DNA of 63,739 nt, filler included, from Reticulomyxa filosa (GCA_000512085.1; 20 parts of 20 records of this genome joined end to end with filler, not necessarily neighbours in it), one strand, 5' to 3'. Shown: positions 50,401 through 63,739, counted from the whole stretch's first letter. The notes: generated from the sequence alone by a model not told the origin. Translations and numbers: made by a program.

Positions 50401-52559
50401 TCAGTTGTATTAAATGGTCCTTTTTTATGAATCCTTGCTTTACTATCCAACAAAAATTTTCAATTGGATTTAACTAAGGTGAATTTGCAGTAATTCATTG
50501 TTTTCATTTTTTTTTTGTTTTAACTATTTCATAATTTTTTCCGATTTATGGCATGTTGCATTATCTTGCTGAAAATCCAAATCTCTTTATTTTATAAGCA
50601 GTAATTGACGCTCTTTAGATTTTGTCAGATAAAACTTCGTTATATGTATAAGTATTTACTCCACCTTCCACCTTGCAAGCGTAGTTTATTCATAATGCTC
50701 CAAAACATGTCCAGACTAAAATGCTTCCACTGCCAAATTTTGTTCTTTTTGTTATTGAATTTTCATCTAATTGTTGTCAATCAATATTTCGGCAACAAAA
50801 TAATCAAAATGACAAAAATCAATAAAAAAAAAAGGTAAATCTTAAAAATTGTATAAAAAAAGATTGTCAAATTTCATGTCTACGAGAAAAATACGATTGT
50901 CAACTTTTTTAAGAAATTTTAATAATTGCTATCAGCGAATACGTTAACAATAAATGGATCCGTTTAAGCAAGAAGTAAATTTATGATATGTGTATGTATG
51001 CTACTGAACGGAAAATAAAAAGATTATTTGATTGTGTTTGATTATGTAAATTGAAAATCCAAATAATATAAATGTAAATGGATTTACTAAAACATGTTCG
51101 AATTCAAGATATTTAGTCATTAATTGACCTTATTGAAAATTATTCAAATGTGCTTGATGTATCTATTGAATTTTACAAATCAAGAAACGCAGTTAAATAT
51201 TTAAAATTTAATTATATAGTATTTTGTAGTTGACACAAAGTTCTTCATATTGTGGGACGTCAGCTGGAAGATGTATACTAAATGTAATACGAAAAGGGTT
51301 TTACTCAGGAAACCAGTGTTCGGTAAAACAAAAGTGAATTAAATAAAAGAAAAATGAATGACGCAACAAAAGAAGAAAACAAAACAAAAGATTAAGTGAA
51401 GTTGGTTGATGAGTTTTAGCCCACTGGGGACTCCCAGGTTCCTTCAACGTTCAGATATTTATAGGGCCTTGCCCTACAATATTTTAGGTGTTTGTAAGAA
51501 ACGAATTCATTTTAAGGGGGAGACAATCCTCATGTCCCTAAGGCTGAGATGAACAACAACGAATTGAAACTCGATAGAAGATAACAACAAGCCGTCGTTG
51601 TTTGAGTTAGAAGGTTTTGGCACACTCACAATGTTAGTGATTGTATCCTTCTTTGTGTTTGATCCTTTGTGAGGGAACAATGATTAAAAAAACTGCTTTA
51701 AGACAGTGTATAATTTTCTTGCAAAATTTTGGTATCTGCATGGCCCCTTTTTTTCTACCTTCTTTGACTGTTTATCCAAAAAAAAAGCAAGTAAATGGGA
51801 GTAATGGTGAAAACAGCAGAATTACAACATTAACATTTATTTGATTATATTGCATATTTTTATCAATTTTCCTAATTCTATCATTTAAAACTCCTAATTC
51901 GAGTTATTAAGATTTTTTAGAAAAACCTACAAACTTTAAGAATTTTTTTTATAATTGTTTTTGCAATTGCTTAACAGTTCTGGACTCAAGACGAAGCACC
52001 AAATAGTTTTTAGATGCTTTGCATAGAAACACTATTGCTTGAGTGCACACTTTTTTTGAAAAGGGGACTAAAGAGCCAATTTGAGTTCCAGTAAGAAATT
52101 TTTTTGGGAATTGCTTCTGTTGTCCAAGTACATTAATTGAAAAAATAAAAGGGAATACAGTTTTATACACAATATGATATTAAATTTAAATCAGAGACAA
52201 TGGAATAAAAATGGTCAATTTTAATGAATTCCCTTGATAGCGGGAAAATTATAACATGTGTAGTTTTTCACTCACTTTTCTTTGCATAATCTTTATTATA
52301 TTACTTTTTCAGCATTTCCCATTTTTATATCTCAGCGTTTATCACAACATAATGTATGATATGTATTTGCGAATGCAAACAAGGAAAAGAAGTCTATACA
52401 ACGTTTTATCAAATTAATTTGCGTGTTTTCAGACAAAATCCTATAAGGTAATTAGTTTTTTTTTGTGGCGAAATTCTTCATTTTGTACAATCGTGAAGAG
52501 ATAAAGCATATAAAGATGGTATGTTTTTTTTTTCACGTGACCTGATATATTGAAACAAA

Positions 52560-55500
52560 ATGAGTCTTCTTTTTAAACCAAAAAAAAAAAAGGACAAACA
52601 CTTTGTGATTGAGCCCTGTGGAAGCGACGAAAAGATAGTTTTCAGACCGAACAGCCTAAGCAATGATGGGCGAATGTCAGATCATTTGAAAGAGGCAAAC
52701 TGGCAACAATTGCTGCAAACGACGAAAGACCAGCTGAAATTGACAAAAACATCAACATTTCTTTTTGTGAAGAAAGACAACATGGACGACCAAATCGACA
52801 ACGATGAAGACTTGATGGATGTTTGGAACGAGCTCAACAGAAATAAGAGAGCAGTGTTTTACACTCTAAAAATGGTTGGTATTCATTGAGGGGGAGGGGG
52901 GGGGGAGAGCAAGCATATTTAAAAAAAGTACGTATTCAAAAATATGTGCTTTTTTTTTTTTTGGAAAAAAAAAATGAAAAAATAGCGATGTTTAGCAATA
53001 ACAAAAGAAGACAAACGAATAACATGGTGTCCGAAAAACAGCAATGATCCGAATTTCTGTCATGAATTGGACAAACAGGATTGGAGCAAATTGTGGGAAG
53101 ATTTGAAACGAGAGGCTGGAGTGTCGGACGACTCCGAATTTTTAAAAGAGAGTGAGCATGAACAAACAAAAATACGAAGTGGCGAGGATTTGAAGGCGAT
53201 TTGGACACGTCGATACAGCGACAATGAGACAAGCTGGTTGCAATTGGAGGTGGCTACTTTGAGCACGAACGAAAAGGGGGAGCATTGCAAGCGTGTATGT
53301 GGAACGAACGTGCAAACCAAGGGAGAGCGCTGTTGGAGTCAGGAGCAATACGACGACAAGACAGTAGACAATATCACGTGTGGCGAAGATGAAGAAGAGG
53401 ACAACTCTGCACCTCCCCCTGGGAATGAAGTCAAGCAGCGCAAAGAACAAGATCAAAATTATGATAATGATAATGATGACAATGCTAATGGTAATGATAA
53501 TGGTGCCAATGATGATGATGATGATAATGATGATGATGATGATGAAAAAGAAAGAAATAAAAAATTTACAAAAAAAAGATCAGTGATAACAATAGTAGCA
53601 AAACAGACAGACTCCAAAGTTATGCAAGAAAAGGTGCACTTCAATATCAAGCTAATGTTGGAGTTGGTGCAAAAAGCGGAGGAAGAAGCGAGCCAAATCA
53701 AAGAAAAGAAGGTGATATTGTTCCTCGGGAGCACAGGGACGGGCAAGTCTACATTGATCCATTTCCTGGCGGGATCGACGTTGGAACAGCAAATGGTGGA
53801 TGGCAAGCCTCACATTGCACCGGTGAAGATAAAGAATAAAGCGTTGCTGAATGTGCGAAGCAGCGCCAGCGCAAGATCGGAGACGCGGTATATCACAGCC
53901 GTCCCGGTGGACTTGAAGGAGATGGGCGTATTTGGAGAAAAGGGTGTGATGGTGCTTTGTGACACTCCAGGATTTGAAGACACGAATGGTCCGGAGGTCG
54001 ATGTAGCTAACGGTATCGGAGTCGTGAAGGCACTCCAAACTTGCAAGAGTGTGAAGCCAGTGGTACTGATCAGTTACACAGCATTGGGAAATCGAATGAG
54101 CTGCGTCAAAGACTTGGCACGAACATTAGTCGGAATCATCCCATCCATTCACGATTACCTTTATGCATTCTCCTACATATTCACCAAATTCCCAAACGAG
54201 CACAAGCAGTCCATCCATGGTCTGGCCAAAGATACGTATAATGAAATGGACGACAATGAGGAAGACCAAGGATATAGAGCCATTCTTGCCGACCTCGCCA
54301 AAAAGACCAGAAAAGGAGCCATTGCACCAGATCTGCTAAAAGACTCACCGAGCGAGTTGCTGGAGGATTTTGTAGACTCCAAAACTTTCATCAACGATCC
54401 CAGTGGAGTATTTAAGCCCTTTCTCACGGAAAAGTCCACCGCCGCTGTTCGCTTGCAGGTCGAAAAGCACAAAGCCAATGCTCTGCTCGCATTCAAACAC
54501 CATCATCATCAGGTCGTGAACACAAAGTTGGATGAACTCGTTGGTTTAAATGCCGTGCTGAAGAATGACTACATTGAACGCGAGTACAATGACTGCGTCA
54601 AAAAACTGACGCAGGACTGGAATCAACAAATTGATGGAGCCAGATGCTCCCTTCACAAGTGCATTGTGGCTCCACATGCCATCAGCAAGGAGGATATCTT
54701 GGCATACAAATATGTCGCTGACGAATTCACTGCGGCCGATCCTCTGCGAACGCATTTGAAAGATGCCATCAGCGCCGACTCTTTGGTGCAGCATTTGAAT
54801 GATCAGACCCGTCACTTGGTTGATGCCATTGAAAGCAATATGCAAAATGAAAGTGCTTTAAAGGTGCTTTTGGACAAGTTGGCACTTGTGAGAAATGTCT
54901 TTCCCAACTTTGCTTCTGCTTACAAACATGCTTGTCAAACCTTGGCAAATCGTTTGACCACGTTTGCAAACAATGCAAAAGAATGCATTGAAAAGAATAG
55001 GTTTGACGAAGTGCGCAAAAATTTGGAGGCTGTTGTAAAAGTACTGCCTCTCCAGCCCAATTTGGTGTCCTTATTTGATGTCAAAAAAGAGCTCAAAAGT
55101 TTGGAGGCATTGTTAATGACCCATTTGCATAGTCTGACGAGTAAAGGACTTGCTGTGATCAAAAGAGTAGTAAAGGACGAATATGGCTCCAAAAAAGAAG
55201 AAAAAGAGGCCAACCCTTCTTCTTCTTCTTCTTCTTCTTCTTCTTGTGTTCGAATTGATAAGCTAAGCAAACCTGACATTGAATTGTTGGAAACAAACAT
55301 AATATTGTTAGAAACAGCAACGAATGTGTTTGAATCACCTTGTGAACATTTTAATCTTAACAAAGCAACAAAAGAATTATTCCACTCTTTTTTAAATGAA
55401 ATCATTGTTTATTTCGACAAAATCAGTCAAAAGATAATATCTCTGTTCGAAAAGCACAGATATCACGCATTTGACGAAATGAAAGGGTTTGTGAATGTGA

Positions 55501-57715
55501 TGGACGATCTTCGAAAGATCAAAGTGGTCGAGCAAAGGACACAAAGATCTTATTTCCAAATCATCGAAAGGATATTTGGATTTGTACGTGACGTCCAAAA
55601 AGACGTCGACCTGATGCTCCCTTTGCTAATCAAGCAAGACCCGTCATTTGATTACAGTCGACTGTTTGACTGCATCGTTTGCGTGAATCGATCAAAATGG
55701 ATCGAGGAAAGAGTAGAGGGCGGAAATGGCAATCTGATGGACGCCATTAAGGACAAGTTGATGTTTCACTTGAGTGAATTGCAACAATCGAGTCTGCATT
55801 TGGAATTGGACATTGACCATCCGGAGCACTTGGAGCAAGGAAGCAAGATTGTCAGTCATCTCGAAAAGCTGCATAGTTTGGAGTCGGTCATTCCGGAGAT
55901 TGCAAACTACCGCAAAGGAGTCGCCGTTCAGATTGAGTACGCCGTTCGAGCGACATTGTCCACAATCGAGCACGAGTACTTACTCGAAAAGAAAGATTTG
56001 AGTTATCAAAGAGAAATTAAGGAGCAGTTGTTGAAATTGAAAGTGTATGCCGAAAGCCTTAACCATGCCAATGTATATTTACAACAACAACAACAACAAC
56101 AAAAGGGATTGAGTAGTATGAACAATTACAATGATAACAATGACGATAATGACGATAATGACTACTCCGAAAAGAGCGAAAGGACAGTCGAAGGCAAGAT
56201 ATCAAAGACAAGATATCAAAACAGACAACAAATGGATAAGCTTAAGAAGCAGTCAGAGCAGGTGCAAGAGCAAGAGCAAGAGCAAGAGAAAGTGCAAGGA
56301 CAAGATCATGTGCATGTGCATGTGCAAGACAGAGAAAAAGTGTCGACGGACACAGCCTCGAAAGTATTGAAAAGCCAAGGACTTTTGGAAGGCGAGATGC
56401 TGCGCTTAACAAGCAACGAAAGCGAGCTCAACGAGACTATCAAGAGATACGAACAAGAGATGGACAAGACAAAGAGCAGCTGCGGATACAATAGCTTTGG
56501 CGTGTTGAACGCAGTGAGGACGGAAAAGGTGTTGTTGTACTTGAGGGCATGCAAGGCAGCTGCATTTCCCTCTACGGACACAGCATTGGCAAACATTCGA
56601 GGAGGAGGAGGAGGAGGAGGAGGAAGTGACGAAGATCAAAAGCAGATCGAAGCAACAGCAACAGCAACAGCAACAACAACAACAGCAATAACAACAACAA
56701 CAACAACAACATTAATAACAGCAACAACAGCAGTAATGACATTGAGACAAGCATTTGCAACGACACAACACTTGGTGGAGAAGTACTTGCAAAGCTACGG
56801 TGCACATGTGCAAGGTCAGCTGCGATCATTGGACTACACGGAGACGGCGACGATGTCGAAGACAGACACAGGAGAGCTGATGGAGAGAGTGGACGTGGTA
56901 ATGAGCAGACTGAGCGAGTTATCCAAGCTGGAACAGAGCCATCGAATGATCTTTGAGTACTTACCGCAAGACATGGTGAAGCAGTTGATTTGCAAGCTGG
57001 AAAAGAGTTGGCTGAATTTATCCGACGAAATGATGAAATTAGCGAAGCAAACAAATCTGCAAGCTTTGAAAAGCAAGATCGTAGTGACCAAAGCGTTGAG
57101 CGTGCTCGACGACTATACCAAGCCCAATTGCAAGTTCCGAGATCTATTTTCAAAGTATCAGGAGATTCTGTTCAATGACGTGATCGACACCACCAAAGTG
57201 CTGAAAGCGATCGAAGGTCATCAGTTCACCGAAGTCGCCGCGGAGATATCCAAACTGAACCAGCGCAAGGATGGAGACGGACAGGTGGAGAAGGTGTTGG
57301 AGGAAGTGAAAGACTCGCTATCGCGATCACTTAAGGCCCTGGCCAAAAGCACCATGATGAAAGTGGTCATGCTGGGAGATAACGAAGTGGACTTGAAGAG
57401 CGCCATTAAACTGGAGGAGCAACTGCAATGGATCGAAGATGCAAAGAGCTTTGTGTTCGAACACGTGGACAAAAAGACACAACGCGACATTGAAAAGATT
57501 GAACACGAGACCAATGCACTTATCGAAAAGTGGATGTTCAAAGTGCTCAGCACCGTCAAAGCAGCCATCAACTCGTGCAATTTTTGGGAAGCGGAAGAGA
57601 AGATCAAGCTTGTCCGAAAGTTTATTCGTATTTTTGGAAACCGCTTTGGTCAGCTTTCCTTTGACGATAACGATAATAATAATAACAATAATAATAATAA
57701 TAATAATAATAATAA
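52560..57715 (+). CDS. Giant TRAFAC-class (AIG1/GIMAP-like) P-loop GTPase with long helical C-terminus, 3'-partial
   Basis: G1 GSTGTGKST (53727), G2-like SETRY, G3 DTPG (53961), G4-like FTKF (~54180). More than 1,150 aa of helical sequence follows. A probable first exon starts at 52560. Confidence 0.8.
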
Positions 57716-59240
57716 NNNNNNNNNNNNNNNNNNNNNNNNNNNNNNNNNNNNNNNNNNNNTTAATTAATTAANNNNNNNNNNNNNNNNNNNNNNNNNNNNN
57801 NNNNNNNNNNNNNNNGGATTTCTTATCATCACATTCTTAGCTTTATTTTTTTGGAAAAAATATATTTATTTTATTTAGTGAAATTGTTCTCATTATACTC
57901 TTGTAAATGATATAAAAGGTAATGTTAGCGCTCTTTTACTTCTGCAAGTCAACGTTTCTTTTAACGCAATTTGGATTATTCTTTCAATTTGTTCTAAAAA
58001 TTACCTTATCTTTTAACTTGTCTAAGTTGGTGCAAAGGCAGGATTTTACTCCTTTAACTTAAGACATGAAACATAAAAAAAACTAAATGGAGCTACCCCT
58101 TTTTAGAACACTTTGTTGATTTCAAATAAATCAAATAAAATCATTTTATAATAACTTCAAATCTTTTTTAACGTTATTTTTGCATATAATTCTTTTAGAA
58201 TTAGTTTACTTAAAAAATATGTCCAACTCTTTAAAAATGTGTCTTGAATGTGCTTATTTCTGAACATATGATTATTTATTTAAAATATTTATCTAAAGAA
58301 ATTTACTGATGAGTGGATATTATATTCATTTGTGATATGAAAAAAAGAAATGTGAATTAAAACAAAAAATTTGCTGGAATGATATGTTAATGAAACGACT
58401 TGTCTTCTTTATTATTTGCATGAATAATGTTCAAATTTAGTGATAAGCATTAAACCTTTGTTGCAAAAAACAATTTTGTTCAAAAAAAGTTGTTGAAAAA
58501 ATTTTTAAAAAGTGTTGTTCATGTACTTATTTTTGAACAAAGCACACTTACACATAAATGGTAATTTTTATATAATTTAAATAAGTGCGAACTTTTACTT
58601 TCACTGGAATAATAGAAAAAACTTATGTCATGAAAGAGAATATGTTAAATGAAAATTTATTGATATCACACAAATTCAAAAAGATCATTGCGTGGTTTCA
58701 AATGATTTCTTACTTTATGTCATTTCATATCACAAATTAGATCAACATAATTAATAACGCATTTGATAAATTTGATTTTATCATCAATATTTACAATATG
58801 ATAAGAAAAAAAGAAACAGTTTTGAAATTGCCAATAATACAGTGATTTACAAGTACAATCATTACCAAACAAACAGTTATGCTTCTTTTTGAGATAATGA
58901 TGTCCAATTATACATTAGAATGAATACAAATGGATTGTAAAAGTAAAATCATCTGTAGAAAAAAGGATATTCGCTATTCTTCCAAACAAAAGAAGTATGT
59001 TGTCTACTTTGTCCAATATACAGAATATTTGCTGACGTCAAATACTTTTATTTCAATAAAATAATAAAGACGCAATTAAATGACGTTTTTGCAAATATAG
59101 AAAAAAATCCTTTATGACGTATATTCTTTTGCATTGTCAGNNNNNNNNNNNNNNNNNNNNNNNNNNNNNNNNNNNNNNNNNNNNTTAATTAATTAANNNN
59201 NNNNNNNNNNNNNNNNNNNNNNNNNNNNNNNNNNNNNNNN

Positions 59241-59505
59241 TGTTGAATATTCACCGTTTATAATAAAGAATAGTATTGGCAATTCGAATGTGATATGTTC
59301 TGGATCATTGGATAATACAATTCGTTTTTGGGATATTCGATCAAATAAGAATGAATTGTATTTGATCAAAGGAGAGAAAGAAGATGATGGAATATTTTGT
59401 CTTAAATTTATTGTATTGAAAAAGAAAAAGGAGACAAAAAATGTCACATATGGTTTGAATTTGTGTTATGGTTCATACAATGGTCCCATTCGTATTTGGG
59501 GATAA
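59241..59505 (+). CDS. WD40-repeat protein C-terminus
   Basis: ICSGSLDNTIRFWDIRSNKNELY...LCYGSYNGPIRIWG*; close paralog of 62117-62408. Confidence 0.85.
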
Positions 59506-60879
59506 TTTACTTTTTTGTTGAATAAGAAATGAAAATGTTTTTTGTTTGAAGGGTTTAATCAAAAGAAAAGTAATGTGATATTAAACTTTGTTTGATTTGT
59601 TGAATGCAAGTATTGAAAGATGTGTTTTATCTTACTTTGCTTAAAAAATTAAAAAATTTGTATTCAATGTTTTTTGAAGAATTTAAAAGCATAATAAATA
59701 AAAATTGTATCCAAATATGAAATAATTGCAAAATATTTTAAGTATGTTTTCTTATAGCATTGAACAAGATTATTTTTGTAATAATTGATGTCATAAATCC
59801 TATTTCGAATCGGAATATCATTTAAAAACTTAAAATATTGTTGTTGTCGTTGAATTTTTTCAAAGAATACAACAAATATAAAAAAGAGAAAAGATGTTTT
59901 ACATTTGAAAGGCAAGAAGCAAAGTAAGAACAGTTATTTTGATCAATAAATGCAATTTGAAATGAATTAGATTAGTTTTATGAAAATCTTGCTCCAACCG
60001 ATTAAAAAAGAAATTTTTGTAGAGCCTATTAAATGATTTTGACTCATATTTTTGTTGCTAGTTGACATCTCCAAGTATGTTTGCATTTCTAAAAGTGCTG
60101 CCTTTTTTTGTTAAGCTATTATCCACTTTCTTTGTAAGCAGTTTCTTTTTTCTCAGTTGTTTCATTATTATTTGTTTGGCGCCAAGCAATTTCTGAACAG
60201 CGACAATTTAAGATTTTTAAATATACAATGCTGTCTTTTCTGTTTTTGTTTTAATTATAATATCAATTTCAGCTTTTATCATCAATTCAACAATCTCATC
60301 ACAATTATTCAAAAAAAAACAATAATACTATTTATATCATGTAAAGAACACATATAATGTAATGCAATGCGTCCATTGATATTGCATTGATTAATTTGTT
60401 TTAAACTTGGATGCATTTTATAGATTTAAATATCGTTTTTACAATAAAAGTTGTTTCATTTCTGAAGCAGTTAAATTTTTTTAACTTGTCAAACCCCTTT
60501 TTTTTTTTAAGTTTAAAAAAAGGGAATCAACTCTAAAAAACTTTGGTCAATTACTAATTTTGAAAAAAAATCATATTTTTTTCAATTACTTGTTTTAGAC
60601 AACGACCATAAAACAACAGAGACTTGCATGAAGCAAGATAAAAAAAAACAAACACGAATGAACAAGGCAAAAATTTAACTAAAAAACTGAGTGTGTAAAA
60701 AAACAAACACGCGATTATAATTCTGTTAATGGAATGAAGGATGTACATTTGTATGTATGATAATAATGATAAAATTCTTATTTCAGGAAAGCGATATCAC
60801 CTTGTATGCATATACATTATAATTAAATGACTTGGAAAAAGTCAGTGTCATTAAAAAAAAATAGTAATTGTTTATTCAT

Positions 60880-61422
60880 ACAAATGTATAGAAGTCATCA
60901 AGTGCAATATATAGCTGTGGATGTAACATGGATATTTCCATTCAAATATGAACGTGAAATTTTGTTTGCAAGATCAAAAATGTTTCCTACTGAAGATGAA
61001 AAAGCACATAAACAACAAATTGCATGGATAGTGAAGATAAATAAAACAATTAATTTATGGAATGTAGAATCTGATAAAATGTTAAAACAATTCAAAAGAC
61101 ATTCTGATCGTGTGATGGTAAATTTATTATTTCTTGTTCATTGGATGATACAATTCGAATATGGAATATTGAAACAGGAACAGAATGGAATATATTGAAA
61201 GAACATTCACACCATGTGAATGATATAAAATATTTTCCAGATGACTAAACAATTGTATCGTGCTTAAGTGATAATGCAATTCGATTATGGAACATAGAAT
61301 CAGTGAAGAGAATACAAATATTGGAAGGACATTCACAAGCTGTGAGATATGTGGATGTATCTCAAAATGGAAATACAATTGCATCAGGCTCTACCGATTG
61401 CAATATTCGAATTTGGGAATGA
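60880..61422 (+). pseudogene. Chimeric remnant: ART-like ExE segment joined to WD40 fragments
   Basis: DVTWIFPFKYEREILFARSK, then KTINLWNVES..., DTIRIWNIETG, KYFPDD*TIVSC and ASGSTDCNIRIWE*, with stops and frameshifts. Confidence 0.55.
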
Positions 61423-61689
61423 TTAACATTCACACAAATACAATTTTTCTTTTAATTTGTGTTCCTTTTGAATAAAATTTTTATTATTCTTGAACTTTGA
61501 CGTCTAAACACTTGAACATTTTCTTCAAGTTCACTTTTCGCTTTCTAAGTACTGAAATTCAAATATTTTTCTATAGTCACTATTTGACACAGACTATTCA
61601 TATTTTCATGTTTGATCTCTTTCGTTCGTCGTCTAAATTACTTAAAGCTTCACTGAAGATGCAAGTATTGTAATTAATACAGTTCATGT

Positions 61690-61845
61690 ATGGGATATTG
61701 ATAACAGCAAACAAGTTCGATCATTTAATGGACATTCACACTTTGTGAATTGCGTGAAATTTACACCATATCATTACTATAATCATCGTCAAAATATTAC
61801 TTGCTCTTCATCACAGGATAAAACCATTCGTTTTTGAGTGCTTGA
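61690..61845 (+). pseudogene. WD40 fragment
   Basis: VWDIDNSKQVRSFNGHSHFVNCVKF...SSQDKTIRF* (TGA where W is expected). Confidence 0.6.
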
Positions 61846-62116
61846 TACTATACAAAAACAATCTAAAAAATTAGTACTTAAAATATCTTGCAATTTATTT
61901 TGATATTTGATACAATTTTCATTAATTATGCTTTTCAATTTTTTAAAAGACATTGAACGAAGCTTTTCAAATTTTTTAAACAACAAAGTAAAATGGAAAA
62001 CATCTTTCAATTCTTGTATTTGATTAAACCAAACAAGTTTAATATCACATTACTTCTCTTTAATCAAAACGTTTCAAAAAAAAAAACTTTCATTTCTTAT
62101 TTGACAAAAAAGTAAA

Positions 62117-62408
62117 TTATCCCCAAATACGAATGGGACCATTATATGAACCATAACACAAATTCAAATCATATGTAAAATCATTTGCTTTATCTTTCTT
62201 TTTGAATTTTATAAATTTAAGACATCTTATTCCACTATCTCCATCATATCCTTTGATCATATACAATTCATTCTTATTTGATCGAATATCCCAAAATTGA
62301 ATTGTATTATCACTTGATCCAGAACATATCACATTCGAATTACCAATATTATTTATTACAAATGGTGAATATTCAACAGACCATACTTGATCTGTGTGTC
62401 CATTGAAC
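62117..62408 (-). CDS. WD40-repeat protein C-terminus
   Basis: FNGHTDQVWSVEYSPF..ICSGSSDNTIQFWD..GPIRIWG*; convergent with its paralog at 59241. Confidence 0.85.
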
Positions 62409-62720
62409 NNNNNNNNNNNNNNNNNNNNNNNNNNNNNNNNNNNNNNNNNNNNTTAATTAATTAANNNNNNNNNNNNNNNNNNNNNNNNNNNNNNNNNNNN
62501 NNNNNNNNTTCTTTGTTGACATTTGTAATGTCACTGTCTATTCAATTTCTGCAATACTTTTTATTTTGTGGAAAAAAAGTGTGGAAGCTTACAGGTTTGT
62601 AATGAACAAGCTGCCACACTCGCATATATTTTTCTGTTTATATTTACATATTCGGCACCTCGATATCGAGGTCCTTGTGGCTTCTTTTTTTTTTTTATAT
62701 ATAAAATGTAAAGGTTATAA

Positions 62721-63308
62721 TTGGAAGATTGGTTATTTATGGTCCGGCTCAACGATATTCAAAAATTAGAAGAATTGAAGAAAGAATTACACACATTGAG
62801 TGTGCAACAATCAAGTGATTGTACCAATGAAAAAATTTCACAAATTCGAACATTGAGTAAAAACATTGTTCGAATTTTGACAATTTTAACCCAAGTGACA
62901 AGAGTTTTGTGACGTGTGTATAATGTGTGAATTTTTTTGTTTGCATTCAAGGATGGTAAAACCATAAAACTGCCACACAATCCGCAACAAAGACAAACGT
63001 TGATGGCAAAAAAAAAAAAAAAGAGGGAGGAAGGATTTTTGAATAAATGAATCTTTTTTTTTTATAAAAAAAAAATGTATGTCCTTTGTGAATAGCAAAA
63101 GGCCAGATAGCAGTATGCAAAAGGTGACAAGAAATTACTACCTTTGGATTTGAGACCAAAATTAACCCATCGAGATAGATTACGATTGCCACAGCAACTA
63201 CGTTTTAAGAAAACTCAACAGCAAAAGCGGATTGATCAAGAAATTCATTCAAAGAAAATTTGCGGTGCTGTCATTGTAGAGAACCCGGAGCGGAGAAACA
63301 CGTTTTAA
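62721..63308 (+). CDS. Divergent 60S ribosomal protein uL29/L35-like gene or pseudogene
   Basis: KLEELKKELHTLSVQQ..KISQIRTLSKNIVRILTILTQ and a downstream exon KKLLPLDLRPKLTHRDRLRL. Possible in-frame TAG at 63108; start unresolved. Confidence 0.65.
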
Positions 63309-63739
63309 GACAGTAAGAAGGCGTTTTTGGAAATTAAATTAAAAAACGAAAACAACTTTGTATATTTGGAGTCATACTGACTCCATTGTGACGTAAGTAG
63401 TCTCGCTACATCATCCACTGTATCATTGTCAGCGGAAATTCAAAGTATTAATTTGAAATCGGTATTGACCGGCAAAAATCCAGGTAGCAAATAACGAAAA
63501 CTCGAGTAGAAGAGAGAAAAGAAAAGAAACAAAAGCAAGCACATGGAAAAAGCCTGCTGAAGCCGCCGCACCTCAAACACAGTGAAATTATTTGTGCTTT
63601 GTTTCCTCCTTTTTTTTTACGTTTTTTTGATGTGAAGGGGGTGGAGGATTTGTGAATTTTTTTTTAATCTGGATAGGATTGCACAAATTTGTGAAAATTT
63701 CTTTTTTTCCCCTTGTCCAAAAGAAAAATCAAAATCAAT

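Noticed and set aside
51400-51620. Hammerhead, HDV-like ribozyme or RNase P/MRP RNA
   Set aside because: Only partial motifs are present (TTGATGAG, ATCCTCA loop). I could not build the required core pairings.
13462-57715. A physically clustered defence island (NACHT-WD40, RNF213-like, giant GTPase, plasmid)
   Set aside because: These lie on different contigs joined artificially, so adjacency says nothing about linkage.
53142-57771. Antisense and alternate-frame ORFs over the GTPase gene, and similar ones at 41874-42262 and 36250-36680
   Set aside because: They are shadows of a long coding strand and of trinucleotide repeats, giving poly-L/V/I/M peptides.
2859-62508. Regularly recurring TTAATTAATTAA palindrome as a biological repeat or CRISPR-like array
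   Set aside because: It is always centred in exactly 88 Ns and has stops in all frames, so it is a scaffolding linker. ORFs ending in X-runs plus 'LIN' are artefacts of it.

Overview
This window is not one continuous locus. It is 20 short contigs joined by an artificial 100-nt linker (N44-TTAATTAATTAA-N44). Nineteen contigs are AT-rich, intron-containing protist DNA. The expanded WD40/Kelch families with an 'LGWIDDFDK' motif, the NACHT-type repeats and the many pseudogenes suggest a foraminiferan such as Reticulomyxa filosa (recognition from memory, not a search). Recognisable genes: SBDS, an OB-fold protein, a CFAP210-like protein, ALDH7, a Tctex-1 light chain, a C2H2 zinc-finger protein, BLTP2/Hobbit, C9orf78/Tls1, an RNF213-like C-terminus, a giant AIG1-like GTPase and a divergent uL29/RPL35. 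There is also an internally deleted Tc1/mariner element and seven related TIR ends. One contig (19526-24279) is bacterial and resembles a Rickettsiales-type conjugative plasmid or ICE: a relaxase with helicase, Toprim and BID-like regions, a WGR gene, a traD-like start and an 85-bp periodic palindrome array. The strongest novel leads are (1) a 33-codon phase-0 exon module placed N-terminally on WD40 proteins and C-terminally on a Kelch protein, a candidate new E3-ligase adaptor box; (2) the symbiont element and its origin-like repeats; and (3) introns with 5' U-tracts and 3' A-tracts instead of a polypyrimidine tract. All family calls are from motif reading only.
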